The position numbers were made by a program, and so were the translations under genes. A stretch of DNA of 60,930 bases, filler included. It is 5 parts of 5 records of this genome, joined end to end, with 100 filler letters (N's around TTAATTAATTAA, not from the genome) between each part and the next. Parts side by side here need not be neighbours in the genome. Positions count along the whole stretch, not along the records: positions 16,111 to 41,901 come from SRR31156797_7646; 4 more parts are not named here. One strand, 5' to 3'. The notes under the pieces are model-generated. The model saw only the letters and a list, made by a program, of their open reading frames with translations, was not told where the DNA came from and searched no databases. Numbering within the stretch: position 1 is the first letter of the stretch; each line of letters opens with the position of its first letter. This document shows, piece by piece, positions 18,780 to 29,572 of this stretch.

Positions 18780-20210
18780 TCAAACCTCAACCCCGGCCTT
18801 CTTCAACTTACGGAAAACAGTAGTCCGGTTAACATTCAAAGCCTTGGCTGCCTTGGGGATTGAGCCGTGAATCTTCACCGCATTTAACAAAACCTGCGTC
18901 TCGAATTCAGCCATGATTTCCTTGAGATCCTTGCCTCCGTATCCATCTATGTTCAGCTCAAAGCCGTTGGAAGCTTTGGAGACAGCACTTTTCTCGATCA
19001 TCGCTGTGGGCAGATTTTCAATCTGAATCAGGTTATTGTCACAGGTGACTACCAGACTGTGAATCAGGTTTTCCAGTTCACGAATATTACCGGGCCAGCG
19101 GTAGTTGAGCATGACCTCTTCGGCGTAGGCGGAAAGACGGACCTGTCTTTTATAGCGGGTGTTGAACTGCTTGAGGAAAAATCCAATGATGGCGTGGAGA
19201 TCTTCGCCACGGTCACGCAAGGGCGGAATATTGATGACCGCAACCTGCAAACGGTAAAAAAGGTCGCTGCGGAAATTACCGTTCTTTACTTCTTCTTCAA
19301 GGTTGCGGTTGGTGGCGGCAATGACCCGTACATCTATCTTGCGGGCTTTTGTGGCCCCGACCCTCTGAATTTCACCGTCCTGCAAAACTCGCAGCAGCTT
19401 ACCCTGCATGGGCATGGGCAATTCCCCGATTTCATCAAGAAAGAGAGTTCCCTTGTCTGCCATTTCAAAAAGGCCGAGCTTACCTTTGGAATCAGCACCG
19501 GAAAATGCTCCGGGCGCGTAACCAAACAGTTCTGATTCGATCAAATTTTCCGGGATGCATGTACAGTCGACCTTGAAGAATGAATTGCTCTTACGCTTGC
19601 TGTGATCATGCATCTCGCGAGCCATGACATCCTTACCAACCCCGGTTTCCCCGAGGTAAAGGACCGTGGCATCGGTCTTGGCGACCCGCTGCACCTGCGC
19701 GAAAAGATCCTTCATAACCTTGCTCTGCGGGGCAAGATAAAGGGTTTCAGGCTTTTGATTGATGCCGTGCTGGTACTTATCGATGAGCTGCCGCTGAGCC
19801 GCGACCTGATCCTTAAGCTGTGAAATAAGAGCAATGTCACGCACATAAGTAACGACAAGCTCTACATCCTCATCATAATCAAAGATAGGATGAGCGGTGA
19901 GTACCACCTTGCGCCCCTTGCCGGTCATCTGCACTGTGGTGGCACTCTTCTTGGTCTTAACCACTTCAGAGTTCAGAGCCACATCGAATGTACCATCCTT
20001 GACCAGATCACGCACATTGCGCCCCAACAGGTCCCGCGCTTCCAGCCCGGTAAGATTCTCGTACATGGTATTTACGGCCAGTGTTTCCCCATCCTTATTG
20101 GAGATATACAGACCGTCGCTCATGGTATCGAAGACGTGGCAGAGATAATTCGAAATAACATATTTATATTTCGGGGAAATTCTTTTGGGATAAACGTCTT
20201 CATGTTTCAT
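18780..20210 (-). CDS. PAS-domain sigma54-dependent transcriptional activator
   Basis: PAS; GETGVGKD; ESELFGYAPGAFSGA; WPGNIRELEN; C-terminal HTH. Confidence 0.95.
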   Translation of the reverse strand: MKHEDVYPKRISPKYKYVISNYLCHVFDTMSDGLYISNKDGETLAVNTMYENLTGLEARDLLGRNVRDLVKDGTFDVALNSEVVKTKKSATTVQMTGKGRKVVLTAHPIFDYDEDVELVVTYVRDIALISQLKDQVAAQRQLIDKYQHGINQKPETLYLAPQSKVMKDLFAQVQRVAKTDATVLYLGETGVGKDVMAREMHDHSKRKSNSFFKVDCTCIPENLIESELFGYAPGAFSGADSKGKLGLFEMADKGTLFLDEIGELPMPMQGKLLRVLQDGEIQRVGATKARKIDVRVIAATNRNLEEEVKNGNFRSDLFYRLQVAVINIPPLRDRGEDLHAIIGFFLKQFNTRYKRQVRLSAYAEEVMLNYRWPGNIRELENLIHSLVVTCDNNLIQIENLPTAMIEKSAVSKASNGFELNIDGYGGKDLKEIMAEFETQVLLNAVKIHGSIPKAAKALNVNRTTVFRKLKKAGVEV

Positions 20211-20228
20211 AGCAGAGTCTTCCTTTAA

Positions 20229-20954
20229 TTACATACAGGAATAAAAAATGGAGCTACCCGCAAAAAGGATCAAAGCCAGCAGGACTTTGCGGCTGGTCTC
20301 TTTCCTGAAATTACGGGAGCAACGAATACCCACCCAGCCACCGATCAAAGCGGCAGGACAAGCAGCCAGAAAATAGGCCAGAGTCTGAGTATTTTGCAAG
20401 CCCGCAGCCATCTGCACGGAAAGTATGGCGAATCCGGTAAGGATAAAACAAGCCCCCAGCGTGCCCTTGGCAGCATCAGCAGTCCAGCCGGACATGGCTG
20501 TGTAAACAGCCAACGGCGGACCGTTAAATCCAAAGGCCGAACCCAAAAATGTGGACAGGCTGCCTGCCAGCAACCCCCAACGGGAATTGATGCCGCCCGG
20601 TCCGCCCTTTTCAAGGAACAGAGCATAGAATGCATAGCAGATCAAAAAGAGCGCCATGAGCATCTTCAAAGTTTCATTGGGCAGGGAACTGATCAGGTAA
20701 ACCCCGGCTATAGTCCCGACAATTCCGCCAAGAAAAATATAACGCAGATCGGGCCACTGGATATATTGCCTGAAATTCCAGCCCAGTTGCAGATTGAGGC
20801 TGAGCACGATCAAAGTCGAACTGGGAACCGCCACGCTTAAGGGGATAAACGGGACCACAATAGGCATGGCAACCATCGCCGCACCAAGACCAGCAATATG
20901 ATTTACTATCCCGGCAATGAACCAGGCTCCTACGTATATAAATAAGTCTTCCAT
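20229..20954 (-). CDS. TauE/SafE (TSUP) family sulfite exporter
   Basis: 241-aa multi-TM protein; AGLGAAMVAMP and GSAFGFNGPP repeat motifs. Confidence 0.85.
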   Translation of the reverse strand: MEDLFIYVGAWFIAGIVNHIAGLGAAMVAMPIVVPFIPLSVAVPSSTLIVLSLNLQLGWNFRQYIQWPDLRYIFLGGIVGTIAGVYLISSLPNETLKMLMALFLICYAFYALFLEKGGPGGINSRWGLLAGSLSTFLGSAFGFNGPPLAVYTAMSGWTADAAKGTLGACFILTGFAILSVQMAAGLQNTQTLAYFLAACPAALIGGWVGIRCSRNFRKETSRKVLLALILFAGSSIFYSCM

Positions 20955-20965
20955 ATTTTTATCTT

Positions 20966-20981
20966 AGCAATTTTTCTGCCA
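20966..20981 (-). promoter_or_regulatory. Sigma54 promoter of the TauE/activator operon
   Basis: Minus strand TGGCAGAAAAATTGCT (GG-N10-GC). Confidence 0.7.
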
Positions 20982-20992
20982 GCATTTTTGAT

Positions 20993-21008
20993 TGGCATCA
21001 TGCTTGCT
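20993..21008 (+). promoter_or_regulatory. Sigma54 promoter of the amidohydrolase
   Basis: TGGCATCATGCTTGCT (GG-N10-GC). Confidence 0.8.
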
Positions 21009-21056
21009 CAAAGGGGGAACATAATTTCGCATTAATACTTTTTAAGGAGTAATCAA

Positions 21057-21893
21057 ATGAACGTTATCGATTTCAGATTCAGACCCAATACCCCCGAAGT
21101 AATCAACGGCATTGCCAATAGCGCAATGTTCAAGGATCTCTGTGAAGCAATTGAATTTCACAAGCAGAAGCCAGAGCCGTTTGAAGACATCATCAAGGGC
21201 CTCGATGAAAACAATGTGGTCAAAGCTGTAATCACCGGTCGCGACTGCGAAACCACCTACGCTTCCATGGCTAACGGCAACGGTGCGCTGCTTGATTTTT
21301 GTCAAAAATGCCCTGAAAAATTCATCGGTTACTGGGGTATAGACCCGCATAAAGGCATGGATGCAATCCGCGATCTCCAGAAAGCGGTAACTGAAAATGA
21401 TTCCATCCGTGGTGCTGCCGTTGATCCGTATCTTGCCAAGATTTACCCTAACGACGCCAAGTACTATCCGGTTTACTCCAAGTGCTGCGAACTCGAGATT
21501 CCCATCATTTTCACCACCGGAACCGCAAGTTTTGTTCCCGGCGCGGTAATCGACCACGTTGCACCCCGCTACATCGACTTCGTTGCCCGCGACTTCCCGG
21601 AACTGAAGATCATCATGAGCCACGGCGGCTACCCTTGGGTCAATGAAGCAATCATAGTAACCCAGCGCAACAAAAACGTTTTCATGGAAATCTCCGAATA
21701 CGAACTATGGCCTCAGGCTGAAGCTTACGTGCAGGCAGCCAACACCATCATCGGTGACAAACTCATGTTCGCTTCCGCACACCCTTTCATCGACTACCGT
21801 GAGCAGCTTGAAAAGTACGCCAACCTGCCCTTTGAAAAAGACGTTTACGAAAACGTCATGCACAACAATGCAGCCAAAGTTCTCGGCCTTTAA
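21057..21893 (+). CDS. Amidohydrolase_2-family protein
   Basis: AAGGAG RBS; YYPVYSKCCELEIPI, FPELKIIMSHGGYPW, DKLMFASAHP, NAAKVLGL. Confidence 0.88.
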   Translation: MNVIDFRFRPNTPEVINGIANSAMFKDLCEAIEFHKQKPEPFEDIIKGLDENNVVKAVITGRDCETTYASMANGNGALLDFCQKCPEKFIGYWGIDPHKGMDAIRDLQKAVTENDSIRGAAVDPYLAKIYPNDAKYYPVYSKCCELEIPIIFTTGTASFVPGAVIDHVAPRYIDFVARDFPELKIIMSHGGYPWVNEAIIVTQRNKNVFMEISEYELWPQAEAYVQAANTIIGDKLMFASAHPFIDYREQLEKYANLPFEKDVYENVMHNNAAKVLGL

Positions 21894-21939
21894 GATTTTC
21901 TTCTAGGGACCTCACTACCCGAAACTGCTCCAAGCAGTT

Positions 21940-21976
21940 ACCCCCGAAAAGTCGATTTTTCGGGGGTTTTTCTTTT
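21940..21976 (+). terminator. Intrinsic terminator
   Basis: ACCCCCGAAAA/TTTTCGGGGGT hairpin plus T-run. Confidence 0.75.
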
Positions 21977-21999
21977 AATTTAAACAAGTTACAATCTAT

Positions 22000-22115
22000 G
22001 TGCAAACTTGCAACCCGGTGCATTTTTGCAACACCTACACAGTATCCCTCAGTAATTCAAGTAAATATCACAAGAAGCAAACCTCCCCCCCTTGTCCCGG
22101 TTGCCATTTTGCAAC
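22000..22115. promoter_or_regulatory. Candidate enhancer (UAS) sites of the TRAP promoter
   Basis: GTGCAAACTTGCAAC (22000), GTGCATTTTTGCAAC (22018), GTTGCCATTTTGCAAC (22100). Confidence 0.6.
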
Positions 22116-22294
22116 AAAGGTTTACAAAACAGACCGCTCCCGTTATCCAGACCCCACCAGATCTGGATGTGAACTTTTTCACCTTCTGCCTGCAACAAGC
22201 CCCTTAGACTTCGTTTGTTAAGAACAGGTAACGCGCTTATCATGATCTTTTTCCCCTATTCATACACCTGTGAAAGAAAAGGAGCGGGCACTCA

Positions 22295-22310
22295 TGGCAC
22301 AGCAATTGCT
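22295..22310 (+). promoter_or_regulatory. Sigma54 promoter of the TRAP operon
   Basis: TGGCACAGCAATTGCT, consensus -24/-12. Confidence 0.88.
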
Positions 22311-22360
22311 CAATGTGAAAAAAATGGCAAAGCCAGATTTGTGTTAACCAAAACAATTAA

Positions 22361-23404
<1,044 letters not shown>

Positions 23405-23442
23405 GGCTCATTCGAACAATTTCAGAAGAAGGGTAGATTATT

Positions 23443-25335
23443 ATGGCAACCAATATGGCTCCCACTGCGGTGGGAGCCCCTTCACAGGAAAAACCCCGCC
23501 GCGGGTTTCTGCAGATGCTTAATGATGACTTTGAAAAGCCGTTCCTTTTCATCGGGCTGCTTTCCATCATCCTCATCATTACCTTCCAGACCTTTTACAG
23601 ATACGTGGTAACCAACCTCACCGAAGATGCGGGTTCCGCTGTCTGGACCGAGGAACTGGCCCGTTTCATCTTTGTCTGGATTTCGTACCTTGCCGCCCCG
23701 CTGGCAATTAAAAAACGCGAAAACATCCGTGTGGACATTGTTTTCGACCGTCTGCCCCAAAAATGGCAGCACATTTTCTGGATGGTCAACAACCTCTGCT
23801 TCATAGTACTGGGTGTTGTTGTAGCCATTATGGGTATGGACCTGATCAGCATGCAGATGCGTTCTCCCCAGATTGCACCCGCGCTCCAGATTCCGTACTA
23901 CATCCCTTACATGATCCTGCCCGTAGGCTTCAGCCTCATGGTGCTTCGCCTTGTTCAGGACACCATTAAGGAAATTAAAAGATCCAGCATCATGCACGGT
24001 GTTGCTGCAGCTGTAATCACTGCGCTCATCTTTATCCCGGTCCTGCTGGGCATTGATTTCGGCGCAACAACAGTTCTGTTCGGTTACTTCCTGCTCTTCC
24101 TGATCATCGGCGTACCCATCGGTATCAGCCTAGGACTTGCTTCTCTGGTAACCCTGCTCAGTTCCGGCTCCCTGCCCATCGACTACGTTGCGCAGATTTC
24201 CTTCACCTCAATCGACAGCTTCCCCATCATGGCGATCCCCTTCTTTATTGCAGCGGGTATCTTCATGGGCTCCGGCGGACTGTCCGAAAGACTGCTTAAC
24301 CTCGCTGACGAACTGCTCGGGCCTCTGCCCGGTGGTATGGCACTGGCAACCATTGCAACCTGCATGTTCTTTGCCGCCATTTCCGGCTCCGGTCCTGCAA
24401 CGGTTGCGGCTATCGGCTCCCTGACTATTCCAGCAATGATCGAACGCGGTTACGATAAATACTTTGCCTGTGCTGTTGTTGCTGCAGCTGGCGCCATCGG
24501 GGTTATGATTCCCCCCTCCAACCCGTTTGTTATCTACGGTGTTGCATCTCAGGCATCCATCGGTAAGCTTTTCATTGCAGGTATCCTGCCTGGTGTTCTG
24601 ACCGGTCTGGTACTCATGGCTTTCAGCTACTGGGTATCCAAGAAAAAAGGCTGGATGGGTGAAGAAAAAGAACGTTCCTTTAAATCCATCACCAAAGCCT
24701 TCTGGGATGCCAAGCTGGCACTCATGGTTCCGGTCATCGTTCTCGGCGGTATCTACGGCGGATTGATGACCCCCACCGAAGCTGCTGCTGTTGCGGCCTT
24801 TTATGGTCTCATTGTCGGTATCTTTATTTATAAGGGCCTCAACCGACATAATATTGTGGATTCCTTCATGGAAGTGTGCTCCACATCCGCCATCGTCATT
24901 ATCCTCATGGCCATGGCGACCATATTCGGTTACATCATGACCGTTGAGCAGGTTCCCGCGAAAATCGCAGGTTTCATCCTCGGCATGACTAATAGCAAGA
25001 TTGTCATTCTGCTCTTGATCAACGTGCTGCTGCTGGTCATCGGCACCTTCATGGAAGCCCTTGCAGCCATCGTAATTCTGGTTCCGATCCTGCTGCCCAT
25101 CGTTACCAAGGTCGGAGTTGATCCGGTCCACTTCGGTATCATCATGGTTGTTAACCTCGCTATCGGATTCGTAACGCCTCCGGTAGGGGTAAACCTCTTC
25201 GTGGCCTCCTCCGTTGCCAAAGTTAAACTAGGCGACGTATCCAAGCAGGTCCTGCCCATTCTCGGCCTGATGATCGCCGTACTGCTGGCAGTAACCTACA
25301 TTCCAGAAATATCCCTCATGCTTGTGGGTGATTAA
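23443..25335 (+). CDS. Fused TRAP small and large permease (DctQ-DctM)
   Basis: WTEELARF..NIRVD (DctQ); AIPFFIAAG, ISGSGPAT, IPPS, TPTEAA, DPVHFG, TPPVG (DctM). Confidence 0.93.
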   Translation: MATNMAPTAVGAPSQEKPRRGFLQMLNDDFEKPFLFIGLLSIILIITFQTFYRYVVTNLTEDAGSAVWTEELARFIFVWISYLAAPLAIKKRENIRVDIVFDRLPQKWQHIFWMVNNLCFIVLGVVVAIMGMDLISMQMRSPQIAPALQIPYYIPYMILPVGFSLMVLRLVQDTIKEIKRSSIMHGVAAAVITALIFIPVLLGIDFGATTVLFGYFLLFLIIGVPIGISLGLASLVTLLSSGSLPIDYVAQISFTSIDSFPIMAIPFFIAAGIFMGSGGLSERLLNLADELLGPLPGGMALATIATCMFFAAISGSGPATVAAIGSLTIPAMIERGYDKYFACAVVAAAGAIGVMIPPSNPFVIYGVASQASIGKLFIAGILPGVLTGLVLMAFSYWVSKKKGWMGEEKERSFKSITKAFWDAKLALMVPVIVLGGIYGGLMTPTEAAAVAAFYGLIVGIFIYKGLNRHNIVDSFMEVCSTSAIVIILMAMATIFGYIMTVEQVPAKIAGFILGMTNSKIVILLLINVLLLVIGTFMEALAAIVILVPILLPIVTKVGVDPVHFGIIMVVNLAIGFVTPPVGVNLFVASSVAKVKLGDVSKQVLPILGLMIAVLLAVTYIPEISLMLVGD

Positions 25336-25358
25336 TGAATAGGTTCCAAAGTTAAATT

Positions 25359-25398
25359 AAAGGCCCTGCAAATCCGTTAGGATTTGCAGGGCCTTTTT
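25359..25398 (+). terminator. Intrinsic terminator
   Basis: AAGGCCCTGCAAATCC-GTTA-GGATTTGCAGGGCCTTTTT. Confidence 0.88.
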
Positions 25399-25517
25399 GT
25401 ATTTTAACATCCTAGTAACCATCCCTCCTTTACGAAAAACCGAATTGGTATTAAGTTGTGCCAGTACTTTATTAACCGGACAACTTTAATAACAATATTT
25501 CTGAACCTGTTGCTTAT

Positions 25518-27143
25518 ATGAATCTGACTTCCAAGCTGCTACTAGAAATCAAGACGGTTCTATTACTGTTCTTTCTTTGCGTCTTCTCTGTTCCCACTCT
25601 CGCTTATGCGAAAAACGTAACAGTGACGCAGATAAACAACGGCACCTTGACCCTGTCCATGGCTGAAGTGGTAAAACTGACTATCCGTAACAACTCCAAT
25701 GTTGCTACCAATTATCTACAGCGCGTTACAGAAAAATTCGACCTTGAAAAAGCAGAAGCCAAATTCGAGCCGGTCATCAATATTGACGGAACATTCAACG
25801 CAGAAGCATTCCAGCGCAACATGCGCACCTCCGACAACGGCACCCAAACCCCGGCTTCAAAGTGGAATGCCGGAGCCAAGACTTCCATAACCCAGAAGCT
25901 GCCCACTGGGGGAGAACTTGCCTTTGTCTGGGACAACAACTACTCCGAAGACAGTGACGGAACCCTGAGCTACGACGGGGATTCTTCCGTATCCCGCACA
26001 AAAACCTACACCCGTGAAGCTTCTTCCCAGTGGCGCATTGAATTAACCCAACCCCTGCTCAAAGGAGCCGGGATGGATTACAACATGGCCTCCATTCGAC
26101 TGGCCCGCATCACCGACAAGATCAATATTCTCAGCCTGCGCGACAACCTCAGCGGTCTAATTAATTCGGGCCTCAATTACTATTTCACATTCAAACAAGC
26201 CAAAGATAATATGGCAATCCAGAAGCAAGCACTTGAACGCTCTGAACGACTGCTGGAAGTAAACAAATTTAAACAAAAAATGGGACGTATGTCCGCTAGT
26301 GACGTGGTTCAGGCCGAAGCCGATGTGGCTTCGAGCAGGCTTTCCCTTGAAGAAACACGCAACAGCCTTGATGAAGCCCGCCGAAACCTGCTCAACCATC
26401 TCGAAATGGACCCCAATCTGGAAATTGAACCAGTCAATGACGAAATCCGGGATATTAAAGCTGATTACGAACGCTGCATGCAGGTGGCCCTGAAAAACAA
26501 TCAGGATTACATGGGCAAGGTCTTCGCGGTTACTCAATCAGACATCAACGCCATGGTGGTCGAAAATGAAAGGGAATGGCAGCTTGATCTCAAAACAGGC
26601 TACAAAGAGACCCAGACAATCAAAAATTCATACTCCGCCTCCACCAGCGACGATGAACTTTCTGCCGGAGTGGAACTGACGGCCCCCATTAATTTATGGG
26701 GCGATGACCAGCTGGAAAGAAAAAGAAAGCTGCTTGCAGCCGAGGTCGACAAACGTAAGGCAAGACTGGAACTGAAACGGGCCAAGACCAATTTACAGAC
26801 CAAGGTTGCAAACGCCGTACGTAACGTAAAAATGCGCTGGAAAATGATTGGACTGGCTAAAAAGAACACTGAACTCAAAGCCCTGCAGCTAAAAAACGAG
26901 AATACCAAGCTCATGGTAGGCCGAACGACCAACTTCGAGGTGGTTTCATACCAGAACCAGCTGGTCCAGGCTCAGCTGTCAGAAACCTCGAAACATATTT
27001 CATATGTTCAGGCCCTGCTCGCCCTTGACCAGATCCTAGGCACAACCATGGAAACATGGCATGTTAAGTTTAAGCATAATGACAAGCAGCTGGAAGAGGA
27101 TCTCAACAACACAATCCGTCCCCTGGTCTGGACATGGTGGTAG
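25518..27143 (+). CDS. TolC-family outer-membrane efflux protein
   Basis: Signal peptide; two OEP repeats (ELTQPLLKG..., GRMSASDVVQA, GRTTNFEVVSYQ). Confidence 0.88.
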   Translation: MNLTSKLLLEIKTVLLLFFLCVFSVPTLAYAKNVTVTQINNGTLTLSMAEVVKLTIRNNSNVATNYLQRVTEKFDLEKAEAKFEPVINIDGTFNAEAFQRNMRTSDNGTQTPASKWNAGAKTSITQKLPTGGELAFVWDNNYSEDSDGTLSYDGDSSVSRTKTYTREASSQWRIELTQPLLKGAGMDYNMASIRLARITDKINILSLRDNLSGLINSGLNYYFTFKQAKDNMAIQKQALERSERLLEVNKFKQKMGRMSASDVVQAEADVASSRLSLEETRNSLDEARRNLLNHLEMDPNLEIEPVNDEIRDIKADYERCMQVALKNNQDYMGKVFAVTQSDINAMVVENEREWQLDLKTGYKETQTIKNSYSASTSDDELSAGVELTAPINLWGDDQLERKRKLLAAEVDKRKARLELKRAKTNLQTKVANAVRNVKMRWKMIGLAKKNTELKALQLKNENTKLMVGRTTNFEVVSYQNQLVQAQLSETSKHISYVQALLALDQILGTTMETWHVKFKHNDKQLEEDLNNTIRPLVWTWW

Positions 27144-27152
27144 GAAGAAACC

Positions 27153-28904
27153 ATGGATAAGATGCTCATCACCCCTTTCAGGGAAACAATATTTCAAGTC
27201 ATGAACGACGGAGTCATGATTCTGAACAATAAAGGGATCGTGACCGGGGCCAACCCCGCTATTGCAAAAATGCTGGGCATTTCCGGTGATGAACTGGAAG
27301 GCATGCCCCTCATGGCAGTTGTGCCTCCGGTGGAAGAAAATGATGAATTCATGCAAGCCCTGCTGGATTCCATTTACAAAGACTGCATCATCAACAATCG
27401 GGCAACTCCATATTACAAAGAAGACGGAGAAAAAATTTACCTTTCAGTCAGCGTTTCCCGGCTAAAAGACAAAGAAGGAGCTGTTGGCGGGGCTGTGCTG
27501 GTCCTGCGCGATGTCACTGAAATCGAAAAACTGCGTCAGGAAGAAAAGCAGTTGAATCAGGATCTGACCCGGGCCATGCGCGATGCGGATGAATCCAACA
27601 AAGCCCTGAAAGCCTCGCTCACCCAAGGGAAAAAAGTCCGATTCATGCTTATCGCAGCCGTATTTTTATTTTTCTGCGGGGTGGGTGCTTTTTTCTGGTT
27701 CAATCCGACTTTCATGGAAATACCCGAGACCTTTAAAGCAACCCCGAAACAAAAGACGGAAACAAAATATCAGAGCTTGGTAATCAGCCCCCGTCCGTTC
27801 TCACGTTCCATTTCACTTTCCGGAGTTGTGGCCCCGCTGGAAGAACTTACTCTCGTGGCCCCATTCAACGGAATCATCACCAAGACCGACTTTTTCTACG
27901 GGGAAAGGATTCCACGCAACCAGACCATTATAACTCTGGACACCTCTGAGATTGCCAGCAAGATGCGCTCGGCATTTACCGAATACATCAAATCACGCAA
28001 AAAATATTACGAACTGACCAACTGGAAAAAGACTTCCGAAGTACTCAAGGCCAGACGGGAACTGGAACAGGCCAGACGGACCCTGAGCAGCTCAAAAGCC
28101 AAGGCCGACGAAGACAAAATATTATTTGATAAGGGCATCATCCCCAGAAACCAGTACGATACTTCATTTCAAGAGCTGAAAAACAATGAATCGCGGCTCA
28201 TTTCCTGTCAGGAAAACTACCGCGACATACTCAATAAGGGAGACCATGAATATGTGGAAATAGCCCGCATGGAACTAGCCAATGCAGAAACAAACTACAA
28301 AAACCTGCAAGAAAAGATGGCCCGGGCCATGGTTACCGCCCCGGTATCAGGAGTGGCCCTGCGCCCCAATTCCAAAAGCGGAAAGGCCAAAGAAATTACC
28401 AGCGGCATGAGTGTTTCCGAAGGGCAGCCGCTGCTTTCCATTGCCAGCCTTGAAGGCTTATCCATCTCCGCCAAGGTGGATGAACTGAACATCAACAGCC
28501 TTCAACTGGGCCAGCCGGTCACCGTCACCGGAGACGCCTTCCCGGACCACAAGCTCAAAGGCGAAATCGCCATGATTTCCTCTCAAGCCGGAGGTGAAGG
28601 AAAAGTGCCCACTTTTGAAACCACCATCCGTCTGCCCCACCTGCCCAAAGATGTAAGCAAGAATGTGCGCATCGGCATGACCGCCAACATGCAGGTGGAG
28701 ACATACTCCAACAAAAACGCGATCATGGTGCCCTTCACCGCCATCAACCGGAACGGAGGCCAGACCTTCCTGCGAGTCAGACATAAAGACGGTAGCATCC
28801 GTGAGGTCAACGTTGAAACCGGGTACACCACTATCAATGAAGTGGAAATCCTCTCCGGCATTGAACCGGGAACAACCATCCTGCTTAACCCGGAAGTGTT
28901 CTAA
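27153..28904 (+). CDS. Periplasmic adaptor (MacA/HlyD-like) with N-terminal cytoplasmic PAS domain
   Basis: PAS (MNDGVMILNNKGIVTGANPA...VLRDVTE), coiled coil, TM, then LVAPFNG/VTAPVSG lipoyl halves, VDELNI, RIGMTA, VEILSGI. Confidence 0.88.
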   Translation: MDKMLITPFRETIFQVMNDGVMILNNKGIVTGANPAIAKMLGISGDELEGMPLMAVVPPVEENDEFMQALLDSIYKDCIINNRATPYYKEDGEKIYLSVSVSRLKDKEGAVGGAVLVLRDVTEIEKLRQEEKQLNQDLTRAMRDADESNKALKASLTQGKKVRFMLIAAVFLFFCGVGAFFWFNPTFMEIPETFKATPKQKTETKYQSLVISPRPFSRSISLSGVVAPLEELTLVAPFNGIITKTDFFYGERIPRNQTIITLDTSEIASKMRSAFTEYIKSRKKYYELTNWKKTSEVLKARRELEQARRTLSSSKAKADEDKILFDKGIIPRNQYDTSFQELKNNESRLISCQENYRDILNKGDHEYVEIARMELANAETNYKNLQEKMARAMVTAPVSGVALRPNSKSGKAKEITSGMSVSEGQPLLSIASLEGLSISAKVDELNINSLQLGQPVTVTGDAFPDHKLKGEIAMISSQAGGEGKVPTFETTIRLPHLPKDVSKNVRIGMTANMQVETYSNKNAIMVPFTAINRNGGQTFLRVRHKDGSIREVNVETGYTTINEVEILSGIEPGTTILLNPEVF

Positions 28905-29572
28905 TGCTCTGCATCGAGGACGTACATAAATCCTATTTGCTGGGCACTGTTGAAGTGGAGGTGCTCAAAGGCGTCAACCTTACTGTTGCTGAAGGTGAAC
29001 TTGTAGCTATCCTCGGCTCTTCAGGCTGCGGCAAATCCACACTCATGAACATCATGGGTTTTCTGGACCAGCCCAGTTCAGGCACATACCGTTTCAACGG
29101 CAAACTGGCTGATAAAATGAGCGATGACGAGCTATCTGACATCAGAAATCATGAAATCGGCTTTGTATTCCAGCAATTCAACCTACTCCCTAAACTGACC
29201 GCCCTTGATAATGTATCCCTGCCCCTGCTCTATCGCGGTGTTCCTAAAAAAGAACGGGAAAAACTGGCCAAGGAGATGCTCACCAAGGTCGGCATGGGCG
29301 AACGCGGGGGGCACCGCCCCAATGAACTTTCGGGTGGCCAGCAGCAGAGGGTTGCCATTGCCCGCGCGCTGTGCGGGGGACCTTCGCTGATTTTGGCTGA
29401 CGAACCCACCGGGGCATTGGATACAGCCACAGGCAAGGATATCATGGACCTCTTCCTGAGCCTGAACAAAAAAGAAGGGATCACCGTGGTCATCATTACC
29501 CATGATCCCGGTCTGGCAAAACGTTGTAAACGTTCCATCCGCATGCAAGACGGCAGATTGGAGGGCGCATGA
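28904..29572 (+). CDS. ABC transporter ATP-binding protein (MacB/LolD-like)
   Basis: GSSGCGKST, LSGGQQQRVAIARAL, LADEPTGALD. Confidence 0.95.
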   Translation: MLCIEDVHKSYLLGTVEVEVLKGVNLTVAEGELVAILGSSGCGKSTLMNIMGFLDQPSSGTYRFNGKLADKMSDDELSDIRNHEIGFVFQQFNLLPKLTALDNVSLPLLYRGVPKKEREKLAKEMLTKVGMGERGGHRPNELSGGQQQRVAIARALCGGPSLILADEPTGALDTATGKDIMDLFLSLNKKEGITVVIITHDPGLAKRCKRSIRMQDGRLEGA

